A stretch of DNA of 64,000 nt from Eledone cirrhosa (lineage: Eukaryota), in the NCBI GenBank assembly GCA_964016885.1, contig OZ024742.1:317378001-317442000 (forward strand). The letters are read 5' to 3'. Shown piece by piece: positions 32,040-47,286 of the stretch (position 1 is its first letter; the number at the start of each line of letters is the position of its first letter). A program made the translations under genes and the position numbers. A model generated the notes under the pieces. The model had not been told where the DNA came from, made no database searches, and was given only the letters and a program-made list of their open reading frames with translations.

Positions 32040-32258
32040 ATTGTTTCTACTTTAGGCACAAGGCCAGCAATTTGAAGGGGAGAGGAGAGTCGATTAAATT
32101 GGTCCACAGTTCATTACTGGTGCTATTTTATCGATCCCGTAAGGATGAAAGGCAAAGCTAACATCGGCAAGATTTCAACTCAGAACGTAGAAGAGGGGAT
32201 TGACGTGCCGCTAAGCTTGTTATCCGACGCTCTACCGATTCTGCCACTGCACGGTCCT
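32040..32258 (-). mobile_element. tRNA-derived SINE
   Basis: Reverse complement of the same family. Confidence 0.75.
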
Positions 32259-32563
32259 AAGAATTTCATATATTGTACAAAGCAATCACAGTTGTAAAAT
32301 ATGATGCACTGAGTTTTCATTTCTCTGTTGAAAACATTTCGTTTCATTTACTTCTCTAATACTTTTTAGAATAATTTAGAAAAGCGCTAGTATATAATTC
32401 TAGCCTAAAGAGATAGTCTGGCTTTTTTTTTTATAATTAAATGTTGCTTCTTATGCAGACACACACATACACACATACACACAAGCCAACAGACCAACAC
32501 AAGCACAGGTATAACACGCCAGTTATATATACATACATATAAATAAATAAATATATATATATA

Positions 32564-32715
<152 letters not shown>

Positions 32716-32754
32716 GTATATATATAATATAAAATATATATTATATTATATTAT

Positions 32755-32930
32755 AGCGGTGAATTGGCAGTATTGGTAGAGAGTCAGACATGCTTTCCAG
32801 CGTAGTTACGGTCTGAGTTCAAATCCCGCTGAGGTTAACTTTGCCTTTCATCCTTACGGGGTCGATAAAATAAAGTACCAGTAATAAACTGGCATAATGG
32901 CATGCCTTGTGCCAAAAGTAGAAACAATTA
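32755..32930 (+). mobile_element. tRNA-derived SINE
   Basis: Same family. Further copies near 22456-22520, 30215-30380, 35920-36255 (-), 36700-36850 and 37240-37390. Confidence 0.8.
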
Positions 32931-33229
32931 TATATATTTATATATACATATATTCATATATATATGTGTATGCATATATATATAATATAAAATATATATA
33001 TTATATATATATATATTATATTATATTATATATATATATATACATATATACATATACATGTATATGTGTATGCATATATATATATATATATAATATAAAA
33101 TATATATATAATATATATATAGATAGATATATATTATATTATATAGAGATATATATTATATTATATATATATATTTATATATATATATATATATATATTA
33201 TATCATATATGTGTATATATATATATATA

Positions 33230-33595
33230 GTTAAAAGAATAGAGGTGTAACACACAAGTTATTATATATTGGTAAACGGAATAGAAAATGCTGACAAATT
33301 GTTCACAGTTGAAAAATGGTTTAATTAGGAATAAAAGAGTATTAGTGATTGTATGGGTTAGTATTCAGTTGTGTCCGTGTTGTTTGCTCTGATCAGAGCA
33401 AACAACACGGACACTCTATCTCAAAATTATTTTTGAAAAGCATTTAGAAATGCGCAACCGGTAAAAACTTAAAAACTTAAAACCACAACTGAATACTAAC
33501 CCATACAATCACTAATACTCTTTTATTCCTAATTAAACCCTTTTTCAACTGTGAACAATTTGTCAGCATTTTCTATTCCGTTTACCAATATATAT
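33230..33595. repeat. Palindromic (fold-back) insertion, centre GATC at 33391-33394, left arm with a ~70-bp deletion
   Basis: 33263-33372 is the reverse complement of 33484-33595. Related sequence at 26940-27125. Degenerate hammerhead at 33430-33466. Confidence 0.85.
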
Positions 33596-33853
33596 ATATA
33601 TATATATATTATATCATATGTGTATATATATATAAATATATATATATTATATCATATGTGTATATATATATATATATATTTATATTATATCATATATATA
33701 TAATTTTGCGAGGTTTTTTATATGAAATCGTGTGTCGAAACAAATATTGTTATACTTGGGGAGGGTCATATTGTGGTAATAATATTGCCAGAATTAATAA
33801 CAGAACACATTCACAGTGAGTGTGTTCTGTTATTAATTATATATATATATTAT

Positions 33854-33960
<107 letters not shown>

Positions 33961-33974
33961 ACATATATATATTA

Positions 33975-34412
33975 TGCGCTGAACGAGTGTGACCTTTTAG
34001 TCCAGCCAGCGACTTGAAAACTCTGTTACAAACACTACACTTGTGACAATTACTGACACATAGTGCTGGGCCCATGGTACCATGTGACGACAAGTGCAGA
34101 GAGATCTCCAGATATAAAGCAATGCCTGTGCCGTGAAGCTTTTATAGTGAGCAAAGGCACTGCACAAAGCCAGTCCCACTCTCTTAACCAAGAAGATATT
34201 TACCAAAAAGAAGAACAAGTCAACATCATTGGATACCATCAGGGTTGCAGGTGTTATATCAGAGTTTTCCTTCTCCTAGAATTCTGCCTTGACAAAGGCT
34301 AAGGGGTCATCTGACACTCTGATTTTGGATGGCCATTGACTCTTAAAAGCTCCTTTGCTCTTTGACAGGTTTTGTTTTTAGTTACCAGTAGCACCACCTG
34401 GTGACCTGACAT
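33975..34412 (-). mobile_element. Non-autonomous RTE-derived element, partial copy
   Basis: Close match to 50488-51023. Contains CTAGGAGAAGGAAAACTCTGA, a motif I associate with RTE 5' UTRs (from memory, not from a search). Confidence 0.6.
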
Positions 34413-34430
34413 AATATATATATATATTAT

Positions 34431-34490
<60 letters not shown>

Positions 34491-34601
34491 CATATATATA
34501 TATTATATCATATATATATAGATATATATATATTATATCATATATATATATATATTATATCATATATATATATATTATATCATATATATATATATATATA
34601 T

Positions 34602-34642
<41 letters not shown>

Positions 34643-34753
34643 CATACATATATATATATATATTAAATCATATATATATTTATCATATATATATATATAT
34701 ATATATATTATATCATATATATATATATATATATTATATTATATATATATATA

Positions 34754-35193
<440 letters not shown>

Positions 35194-35224
35194 CATATAT
35201 ATATATATATATATACATACATAA

Positions 35225-35295
<71 letters not shown>

Positions 35296-36965
35296 ATAAA
35301 TGAATCACAGGAGGCAATTTTACACAGTTATATTATGTTCATATAAACGAAGAGCTTGGGGAGAAAGAGAGAGAGCAAGGAGAAGGTAGCGAGTAAGACA
35401 GAGATAGAATTATAGAATTAAACCACAGAAATCAGCCTGGCAGAAACATCACATTATGATGAAAATTATTCTGGCCGTAAACACAAAAGCTGGAAAATGT
35501 GTTTCATAGAAAGAATCAAGCGTTAATACAAATTATCAGACATTACTTCTGCTTAACGAAAGATATAAACAATAGAAAAATGCGGCTGTTATAATACATA
35601 CTTCTGACAAAAGTAATACACTATTGTTTTGATTTGCTACTACCATTTCTCTTGTCAAAATATCTAATAATTCTCTTCTAGGTCTTCGTTAGAGTGAAGA
35701 TGGGCATATTATGGTAAAATCCGATATTGTTTTTGAGAGAATATACATGCGATAATACATCTGAGTGCTTAATATGATAAAATCAGTACTGCAATTCCAT
35801 CAATCTGCCCTGGATAGAAATATCCTTATTAATTCAGAAAAGAAGAACGGCAAACCTTAGGTGATGTAATAGGCCGGTTAAATCTACACCTGTATGAAAC
35901 GTAACAGCCACAAAACCAACCAAACCCAGTTAAGTATTTGCCTGGTGGTACTTTATATTATAAACCCCGGAAGGACGAATGCCAATGTTGATTTCGGCAG
36001 AATATAAATACACATCTTAAAGTTCTTTAACAGAATAACCGTTTCTAATATAGCCACAAGGTCAGAAACATTTGTGGGAAAGGGTTAGTTGATTATATCC
36101 TTCCTAGTACTTCACTGCTACTTTATTTTATTAACCGTGGAAGGATGAAAGGCTGATTTTACCTCGGTAGGGTTTGCTCTCAGAATTTAAATACCTGGAA
36201 TAAATACCGTCAAACATTTTATCCAACGCACCTTACATTTAGCCAATTCAACACCCTTACCGATTCACTAATAGAAACCATTTCCTTCGACACACTAAAG
36301 AATCGCCCGATCTGCCAAAGCAATATTAAATGCCATACATAACTATTACAAACTATTACAAAATAAAACACTTTGTTGCTACATGAACAAGATAGAAAAT
36401 AATATATTCGAATCAAATGATTTTATTTAATTTGGAACACCTTGTAGCTAAAATTCTAATTCTCCTTTTCGCAATCAAATCTTAACTTGGGTTTCTGAAA
36501 TTATTAGACGAGATTTTATTCTAAATTTCTTTGTTTGTTGTTCATTAAATTTATATTAATAGGATACGAACTGCTACTTTTACGCGATGGTTTTCAGTAT
36601 AGACACAACGATAACAAAACAACGTTTATTTAATGCTTCATTTATTGCATTGTTTCTTATATATACGAGTATCGATGGAGGAAGAGGAAATATCTTACAA
36701 TATTTAATTACCCTGAGTTCAGACCCCGCTCTGTTCGATTTCATCTCATATTTATCCGTGAGGTATTATATAAGAGAAAGTCAAATACAATGGTCTACTT
36801 AATAGATTGTTTCCTCCAACCACATTCGTGGATTAATGTAGAGGTTAGAAATCAATGTCCTAATGTTTCTCCGATCGATCGTACATTTTTCTTATCTATC
36901 TTTTTCTGCCCCACCTCTCACTCTATCTACGTATCTCGATCGATTTCTAACTCTTTCAGTTTTAT

Positions 36966-37007
<42 letters not shown>

Positions 37008-37215
37008 AGGGTGGTGGATTGGCAGTTTCGGTAGAGAGTCGGACACCATGCTTTGCAGCATAGAGTTACGGCCCTTTATGATCTGAGTTCAAATCCCACC
37101 TCTCATCTTTACGGGGTCGATAAAATAAAGTACCAGCCACGTACTGGGGTCGTTTTAATCAACTTTCCCCGTCCCCAAAATTACTGGCCTTGTGCCTATA
37201 CTACGAATTATTAGT
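37008..37215 (+). mobile_element. tRNA-derived SINE
   Basis: Same family as 31296-31510. Confidence 0.8.
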
Positions 37216-37397
37216 CTCTCTTTCTTTCATTATCTCCCGAGCTGGTGGTTTAGTAGAATCATTACACCACCGGTATTTCTCCTGGTTATTTACGTTTTTT
37301 TTTAGTTCAAATCCCACCAAGGTTGACTTTGTCTTTCATTCTTCTGAAGTCGAGAATATAAAATACAAGTGACATACTCGTGTCATTTTAATTCACC

Positions 37398-37441
<44 letters not shown>

Positions 37442-37689
37442 GCTCTCTCTCTCTCTCTCACTCTCTCTATCTCTCTCTCCCTCTCTTCTTTTCACTCTAC
37501 TTTTTACAACTTTTCCTCGCATTTATCTTTAAATTGAAAAACCTAATTTATTTTGTTTATAAAAGAAAATTTTCAAAACAAAATATTTATACAAAATATG
37601 AAATGTTTTTCATTAATCAATTACAGATAAAAGTGGATATATTTATCAAAATATCATCTTGTATATAAATATATATATATATATATATA

Positions 37690-38341
37690 AACGGAAAAAA
37701 ATGAAACGAAATTTCATTTCCCACTCTTAGTACGGCTGTTACTTAAATATAAGTATGTACACGTACATACATATATGTATACAGACGTACAGTAGTATGT
37801 ATATATATATACATACATGCACACATATATATATGTACGTATGGATTCACCGAACATTTATTATAATTCTCGGTGTGTTTGTATTAAGCCGTAGTGTCCA
37901 GCAACCATCGTTGCTCCTTTGTTCAACACTGACAAAGGAACGCTGTACTAGTTTCAAGCTTATTAGCTATCGTCAGCAACGTATACTTACCCTGCCGGAT
38001 TTCATTTTTTCATGTACACGTACATACATATATGTATACAGAGAATATCAGCTGTTAATATGCATAAGGTAAGTATATACGTTCAACAATCTGGCAGGAA
38101 GGTATACGTTGCTGACGATAGCTAACTAGTACAGCGTTCCTTTGTCAGTGTTGAACAAACGAACAACGATGGTTGCTGGGCACTACGGCTTAATACGGTT
38201 GTTTGTTTACAAACACACCGAGCATTATAATAAATGTTCGGTGAATGCATACGTACATATATATATGTGTGCATGTATGTATATATATATATATACATAC
38301 TACTGTACGTCTGTATACATATATGTATGTACGTGTACATA

Positions 38342-38348
<7 letters not shown>
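37690..38348. repeat. Inverted duplication (~37747-38000 vs ~38090-38348), hammerhead in the left arm, tail on the left
   Basis: Direct reverse-complement comparison. Confidence 0.85.
37941..37981 (-). ncRNA. Minimal hammerhead motif
   Basis: CGTTG-CTGACGA-T AGCT AATA AGCT T-GAAA-CTAG-TA-CAGCG. The right-arm copy near 38107-38135 has lost the GAAA half. Confidence 0.65.
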
Positions 38349-38410
<62 letters not shown>

Positions 38411-38492
38411 GTACATATATATACATATATATACATATACATATATATATATAAATATGTACATATATATATATATATATATATACATAGAC

Positions 38493-38539
<47 letters not shown>

Positions 38540-38542
38540 CAT

Positions 38543-38616
<74 letters not shown>

Positions 38617-38671
38617 CATATATATATATAGACACATATATATATATACATATACACATATATATACACAC

Positions 38672-38705
<34 letters not shown>

Positions 38706-38752
38706 ATATACACATATATATACATATATATATATATATACATATATATATT

Positions 38753-38822
<70 letters not shown>

Positions 38823-38842
38823 CATATACATATACACATATA

Positions 38843-38876
<34 letters not shown>

Positions 38877-38890
38877 CATATACATCTATA

Positions 38891-38924
<34 letters not shown>

Positions 38925-39022
38925 CATATACATATATATATATACACACATATATATATATATACATATACATATATATATATACACATATATATACATA
39001 TATATATATACATATATATATT

Positions 39023-39055
<33 letters not shown>

Positions 39056-39101
39056 ATATATATACATATATATATTTATATATATATACATATATATATA
39101 C

Positions 39102-39132
<31 letters not shown>

Positions 39133-39178
39133 CATATACATATACACATATATATATATACATATACATATACAAATA

Positions 39179-39210
<32 letters not shown>

Positions 39211-39251
39211 CATATACATATATATATACATATATATATATATATACATAC

Positions 39252-39283
<32 letters not shown>

Positions 39284-39295
39284 ATATACATATAC

Positions 39296-39350
<55 letters not shown>

Positions 39351-39373
39351 CATATATACACATATATATATAC

Positions 39374-39424
<51 letters not shown>
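38345..39424. repeat. (AT)n/(ATAC)-interrupted microsatellite field
   Basis: Direct reading. Similar fields at 43904-44300, 44845-45582, 46309-47287, 48728-49024, 49458-49837 and 60003-60345. Confidence 0.97.
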
Positions 39425-39840
39425 CTGTTATACTTTGGGAGGGTCATGTTGCCAATAAGAGACACACGCACCAGTTGCTTTCACTTCAATTTATTATATA
39501 TTTATAAATTTATAAATTTACAAATCTACAAATTTATAAATTTCTGGTTGGTTGGTTGGTTCCACAACCAGATAGTTGTTTATATATAGTCATAGTCCTT
39601 TCGTCACACACTCTGTGACCTCTTCAGTGACTGGGGATTCCTTTCTATGTTTCTGTGCCTTTCCTTTCTTCTGTCCTACGCCATTTTGTTTCTGTGTGTG
39701 TGTTGTGTGCTCAGTTTGCGCATGCGCCACATCCGGGTGTCTGTGTGTGTTTGTGTTCATTTATCTATTTGTTTATTTATTTATTTACATGTTGTTGGTT
39801 GGTTGTTTGTTCTATGTGTGTGTGTGTTTTCATTTTGTCC

Positions 39841-42105
39841 TTAATTGTAAGTTGTGATGTTGCTGTTCCACTCATATTTTCTATTTAATTTTGGTTGTAA
39901 TTCTTTTATGTTTACTGCCTCTGTAATTTGTCTAAACATTGCATCTTTTCTGTGTGTAGATTCTATTTTTATTTCTACGTTCTCTAATTTACCCTTGTGT
40001 TCTATCTTAGCATGTTGGTAGAGTACAGATGATTCTTTATTATCTTGAAGGTCTCGCCAATGTTCATTCATCCGTTCCCCTATACTACGAGCTGTCTCAC
40101 CTATGTACACTATATTTTTGTTTCTACATTGTCCTTCAGTACATCTTATGCTATACACTACATTTCTAGTTTTACAGTTAATATGGGGGCTTATTTTACA
40201 GGTTATACATTTCTTATCTATACATGAGGGTCTTTGGAACGGGTATGTCTTGCTAATAAGTGTTTTTACGGAGGTACCTGGTCTTTCTACTATCTTAATA
40301 TTGAGTTTATGTTTATTTAGGGCCCTTCTAAATTTGTAGGCTAGTTCGCCTCTAGGGGTTGTATCGATGAACATTACACTCTGGTATTTATTGCTATCAT
40401 ACCATGAGTTTATTCTATTGGCCTTGTTCCTAGTTCTTTCTATTCTATTCCAAAATTTGCTCCTATACAAGGGGCAGGTCCCATTTATGTCATTATTTAC
40501 CATCTTTTCCCATTTGGTTCTGGCTCCTCTATACACTCTGATTCTATCTCTCTGATTGTAGCCAGAGAACTGCATACGGTGGATAAAGTGTTGTATGTGT
40601 CTCTCTAGTTCTTCGGGGTTGCACATGCCGGACACATTTCTCATCACCCGTACCAAATCCGCAATCAGTATGTTGATTTTGGTATGGTCCGAAATGGCCG
40701 AGTTTCGGTGGATCAGATGTTTGGAAGTCATGGGTTTGGCATAATGGGAATGGGGGATTTGTTTTTGGCTGTTAATGGTATCTAACCAGAGCTCTGTGTC
40801 TAGTACAGGTAATCGATGGTTGGGGTGTCTACTTGGGTAGTCTATAGTAACTCTAATGCTCTGGTGGATGGAGTTTGCTATTTGCTGGATGCTTTCCATT
40901 GTGTTTTTCTCTAGTTCCTGACTGTTCTCTAGTGGGGGTGTCTTAACTACGATGTTTATATCATCTACGTAGCGGGAGTACATTATCAGGGTTAAGCTGT
41001 CTTCTAATTGTTCTTTAAGTTTAAGTTTAAGTCTACTGTCCCACCATACCATGAATAAGTTAGCTATGTCGCCTGCAATGCTAACACCAATGGCTGCTCC
41101 TTCCTCTTGGGCATATGTTTTTCCATTAAATTTGAACATATGTTCCTTAAGGGTTAATTTTATGCTGGCCCCTACCGCATGTGCAATCATTTTCTTCAGT
41201 TCATCGTGGTTTTCGGGTGTCCGTATGGCTCTGGTCCGTATGGCTCTGGTCCGTATGGCTCTGGTCCACCCGTTTCATCTATCTGTGTGGGTTTTCTTGG
41301 CCATTGAGGTAATGGTAGGTGGTCTGCCTCTTGCTGGTCTTGTAGGGCACAGGTTGCTAAGGTCATTACTATGGGTAAGCTTAAGTAGAAGTCCCAGCTC
41401 ACTGGTATCAATCCCACGGAACTCAACCTTGCTCTCGCTGATCATTTCTACGCATTTCTCCACAGCAAATTCCACGTCAATAGATGGATACAGGGACACA
41501 ACATCCATACTGCCTATTATGCAGTTTGTTAGGTCCCCAGATCGGTTACTCACGCCGATTCTGCTGAGGAGGTCCTCCGTGCTGTCACATACGTCTGGGG
41601 ACATCTCAATGATGGGGCGTATGATCAGGGAGAGGAAGTAGGACAGTCTGTAGTTACTAGCAATGTTAGCTCCACAGACTGGCCGTGTTGGTGGTCCCGC
41701 GACAGGATCACAGCCCGTTTTGTGGTCTTTTCGAAGCCCATACAACGCCGGCACGTCATTGTTCCAGGCCTGGAAGTTGTTGGCAGTCCTTTTGTTGGGC
41801 TGCATTATATTCGTCCACATCACCATATGGGCATTGAGGGCTTTTTCTCTATCCTCATGCTCCTGTGGTGTTACCTCTCTTGTGTTAGTGATGTGGGGTT
41901 GCATTGCCTGGATGTAGTTTGGCAGGCTGTCAACCGACATTCTGCCAGACTTGTCTGTTGGAAAGCATGCTATCTCTCCATTACGCGAGCGCTGCATGAG
42001 CTTACGCAAGCCATTTGCAGATTTTTCTCCCAGTTGCTGGGCCTCTATTCTATTATGCTTCTTGCTATACTGTTGTATAATATTTCTAAGTTCGGATCTA
42101 GCTAC
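39841..42105 (-). pseudogene. Penelope-like RT + C-terminal GIY-YIG endonuclease, 5'-truncated, one in-frame TGA at 41275-41277
   Basis: LYGLRKDHK, RPVC, SMDVVSLYPSI, QEEGAAIG, RYVDDI, LPVLD; Cys linker CIDKKCITC; VVYSIRC..VYIGETARSIGERMNEH..LNRK. ORFs 41275-42009 and 39841-41190 share a frame. Confidence 0.92.
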
Positions 42106-42108
42106 ACT

Positions 42109-43429
42109 AAATTAACCCTTAAGGAACATATGTTCAAATTTAATGGAAAAACATATGCCCAAGAGGAAGGAGCAGCCATTGCTGTTAGCATTGCAGGCGA
42201 CATAGCTAACTTATTCATGGTATGGTGGGACAGTAGACTTAAACTTAAACTTAAAGAATAATTAGAAGACAGCTTAACCCTGATAATGTACTCCCGCTAC
42301 GTAGATGATATAAACATCGTAGTTAAGACACCCCCACTAGAGAACAGTCAGGAACTAGAGAAACACACAATGGAAAGCATCCAGCAAATAGCAAACTCCA
42401 TCCACCAGAGCATTAGAGTTACTATAGACTACCCAAGTAGACACCCCAACCATCGATTACCTGTACTAGACACAGAGCTCTGGTTAGATACCATTAACAA
42501 CCAAAAACAAATCCTCCATTCCCATTATGCCAAAACCCATGACTTCCAAACATCTGATCCACCGAAACTCGGCCATTTCGGACCATACCAAAATCAACAT
42601 ACTGATTGCGGATTTGGTACGGGTGATGAGAAATGTGTCCCGCATGTGCAACCCCGAGGAGCTAGAGAGACACATACAACACTTCATCCACCGTATGCAG
42701 TTCTCTGGCTACTATCGGAGAGATAGAATCAGAGTGTATAGAGGAGCCAGAACCAAATGGGAAAAGATGGTAAATAATGACATAAATGGGACCTGCCCCT
42801 TGTATAGGAGCAAATTTTGGAATAGAATAGAAAGAACTAGGAACAAGGCCAATAGAATAAACTCATGGTATGATAGCAATAAATACCAGAGTGTAATGTT
42901 CATCGATACAACCCCTAGAGGCGAACTAGCCTACAAATTTAGAAGGGCCCTAAATAAACATAAACTCAATATTAAGATAGTAGAAAGACCAGGTACCTCC
43001 GTAAAAACACTTATTAGCAAGACATACCCGTTCCAAAGACCCTCATGTATAGATAAGAAATGTATAACCTGTAAAATAAGCCCCCATATTAACTGTAAAA
43101 CTAGAAATGTAGTGTATAGCATAAGATGTACTGAAGGACAATGTAGAAACAAAAATATAGTGTACATAGGTGAGACAGCTCGTAGTATAGGGGAACGGAT
43201 AAATGAACATTGGCGAGACCTTCAAGATAATAAAGAATCATCTGTACTCTACCAACATGCTAAGATAGAACACAAGGGTAAATTAGAGAACATAGAAATA
43301 AAAATAGAATCTACACAGAGAAAAGATGCAATGTTTAGACAAATTACAGAGGCAGTAAACATAAAAGAATTACAACCAAAATTAAATAGAAAATATGAGT
43401 GGAACAGCAACATCACAACTTACAATTAA
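42109..43429 (+). pseudogene. Inverted shorter copy of the Penelope-like ORF
   Basis: Same sequence with a stop at 42259-42261 and a 1-bp insertion near 42532. Confidence 0.92.
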
Positions 43430-43637
43430 GGACAAAATGAAAACACACACACACATAGAACAAACAACCAACCAACAACATGTAAATAAATAAATAAACA
43501 AATAGATAAATGAACACAAACACACACAGACACCCGGATGTGGCGCATGCGCAAACTGAGCACACAACACACACACAGAAACAAAATGGCGTAGGACAGA
43601 AGAAAGGAAAGGCACAGAAACATAGAAAGGAATCCCC

Positions 43638-43682
43638 AGTCACTGAAGAGGTCACAGAGTGTGTGACGAAAGGACTATGACT
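43638..43682 (+). ncRNA. Minimal hammerhead in the Penelope 3' pLTR (mirror 39588-39632 on the minus strand)
   Basis: AGTCA-CTGAAGA-G-GTCAC AGAGTGT GTGAC-GAAA-GGAC-TA-TGACT. Confidence 0.8.
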
Positions 43683-43904
43683 ATATATAAACAACTATCT
43701 GGTTGTGGAACCAACCAACCAACCAGAAATTTATAAATTTGTAGATTTGTAAATTTATAAATTTATAAATATATAATAAATTGAAGTGAAAGCAACTGGT
43801 GCGTGTGTTTCTTATTGGGAACATGACCCTCCCAAAGTATAACAATATCGGTTTCAACACACGATTTCAGATAAAGAATCTTGCTAAACAAATTCAGAAA
43901 CGAA

Positions 43905-44063
<159 letters not shown>

Positions 44064-44202
44064 CATATGTACATATATATATACATATATATACATATAT
44101 ATACATATATATATACATATATATAGATATATATACATATACATATATATATATACATATATATATATACATATATATATATATATGCTTATATATATAT
44201 GC

Positions 44203-44251
<49 letters not shown>

Positions 44252-44269
44252 CATATATATATATAGATG

Positions 44270-44299
<30 letters not shown>

Positions 44300-44300
<1 letters not shown>

Positions 44301-44845
44301 GTAGATAAATCTACCAAGAGTTTACGGTAGTGTCCAATCCGTATGAAGAACTCAATGTAATCCGGATATCATGGAAAGAAGAGATGCAATGAAAAATCAC
44401 TTTCGGTGAAAGATAAACGGAATACAGAGTCAAGATAAAATATTTAAAAAATAATGAATAAAACAATGAAACAGTTCCTTATATTAAACAAAAAAAGTTC
44501 ATTATTTAACGATCGTTTCTGGGATATATATGTGTTAGAATTGGCATGTATATTTAACAGATCTATGTACAAAATTATACAAAATTATACAAACTATCAA
44601 AATTAAATATACATACCAACTCATATATATGCCGTCTTCAGAAATACGGCATATATATGAGTTGGTATGTATATTTAATTTTGATAATTTGTATAATTTT
44701 GTATAATTTTGTACATAGATCTGTTAAATATACATGCCAATTCTAACACATATATATCCCAGAAACGATCGTTAAATAATGAACTTTTTTTGTTTAATAT
44801 AAGGAACTGTTTCATTGTTTTATTCATTATTTTTTTAATATTTTA
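44300..44845. mobile_element. Short fold-back copy of the long-stem-II hammerhead family
   Basis: 44300-44646 is the reverse complement of ~59657-60003. 44646-44845 is an inverted copy of ~44435-44636. Confidence 0.88.
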
Positions 44846-44973
44846 TATATATACATATATATATATACATATATAAATATACATATATATGTATATACAT
44901 ATATAAATATACATATATATATATACATATTTTATATATACATATATATATATACTTATATACATATATATAC

Positions 44974-45006
<33 letters not shown>

Positions 45007-45081
45007 CATATATATATACATATATATATATATACATATATATATACATATATATATGTATACATATATATATATGTATAC

Positions 45082-45254
<173 letters not shown>

Positions 45255-45255
45255 T

Positions 45256-45286
<31 letters not shown>

Positions 45287-45367
45287 TACATATATATCCA
45301 TATATATTTATATATATATATACATATATATATATATACATATATATATATACACATATATATATAT

Positions 45368-45458
<91 letters not shown>

Positions 45459-45459
45459 C

Positions 45460-45504
<45 letters not shown>

Positions 45505-45522
45505 CATACATATATATACATT

Positions 45523-45653
<131 letters not shown>

Positions 45654-45688
45654 TACATGAATCAAAGTTCTGTTCAAACCATTTATTA

Positions 45689-45733
45689 GCTTACAACTGT
45701 TTCGTCCAAACCGAGGTTTGGATTCTTCGGAGC
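45689..45733 (-). ncRNA. Hammerhead-like motif with CCGAAGA core
   Basis: GCT-CCGAAGA-A TCCAAACC TC GGTTTGGA C-GAAA-CAGTTG-TA-AGC. Homolog at 25126-25171. Confidence 0.55.
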
Positions 45734-46290
45734 AATTTTTCAATGATTGTTTACATACATGACCTCCTTTTCAACACAAGAGACATACAGAAACCTATGT
45801 ATATATCGATGCATAGTGGGTTGACATCCATTATAATATTTTAACATGGCAATTTACATTCAAAGATTAAAATCATATTAAAAGAAAATTAAAACAAAAT
45901 TAAAGTTAAAATATAACATCGGCAGTTTACGAATATAATGCAAGAGGATAGTTTGAAGTAGTTAGTGTACGGAATAGTTACATGTGGGGCATGCACGTGT
46001 GTCTTATTTATATAAGATTATAAGATTATAGTGCGGCAAGGTGTTATATGGAATACAAGCACTTTAAGTGGGCAATCAAGAGTATTGTGGGGGTTGTATT
46101 GGTAAAATATTGTTTATGTTTGATATAGAAGCTTGTGTGTAGAGAAATATAAAAAATGAGAAGCAAAATATTGTTATGGTTTTCGTATACACCACCATTT
46201 TCACAATCCAGGAAACGTAATATATAGATTATATGTCCTTCACATAATCAACGATGATTCTGTAATGTGAATTATGTGAAGGACATATAA

Positions 46291-46414
<124 letters not shown>

Positions 46415-46446
46415 AATGTATATATATGTATGTATATATATATATG

Positions 46447-46494
<48 letters not shown>

Positions 46495-46547
46495 CATATA
46501 TATATATACATATATATATATATACATATATACATATATATATATAC

Positions 46548-46584
<37 letters not shown>

Positions 46585-46712
46585 CATATATACATGTATA
46601 TATATACATATATATGTATATATATACATATATATATATGCATATATATATATGCGTATATATATATATACATATATATATATGTATATATATACATATA
46701 TATATATATACT

Positions 46713-46748
<36 letters not shown>

Positions 46749-46906
46749 CATATATACATATATATATATACATATATACATGTATATATATACATATATA
46801 TGTATATATATACATATATATATATGCATATATATATATGCGTATATATATATATACATATATATATATATGTATATATATACATATATATATATATATA
46901 TACTTA

Positions 46907-46940
<34 letters not shown>

Positions 46941-47015
46941 CATATATATATATACACACATATATATATATATATACATATATATAAATATATATATATA
47001 CATATATATATATAC

Positions 47016-47070
<55 letters not shown>

Positions 47071-47147
47071 CACATATATATATATACACATATATATATA
47101 CATATATATATACATATATATATACATGTATATACATATATATATAC

Positions 47148-47178
<31 letters not shown>

Positions 47179-47286
47179 CATATATATATATACATATATA
47201 TATATACATATATATATATATACATATACATATATATATATATATACATATATATATACATATATATATATACATATATATATATA

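Larger units (their letters stand above)
39426..43903. mobile_element. Penelope-like element: two 5'-truncated copies in inverted, 3'-ends-outward arrangement within (AT)n
   Basis: 39426-41160 is the near-identical reverse complement of 42109-43844. The left copy extends to ~42108. The right copy has an extra ~55-bp tail. Confidence 0.95.
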
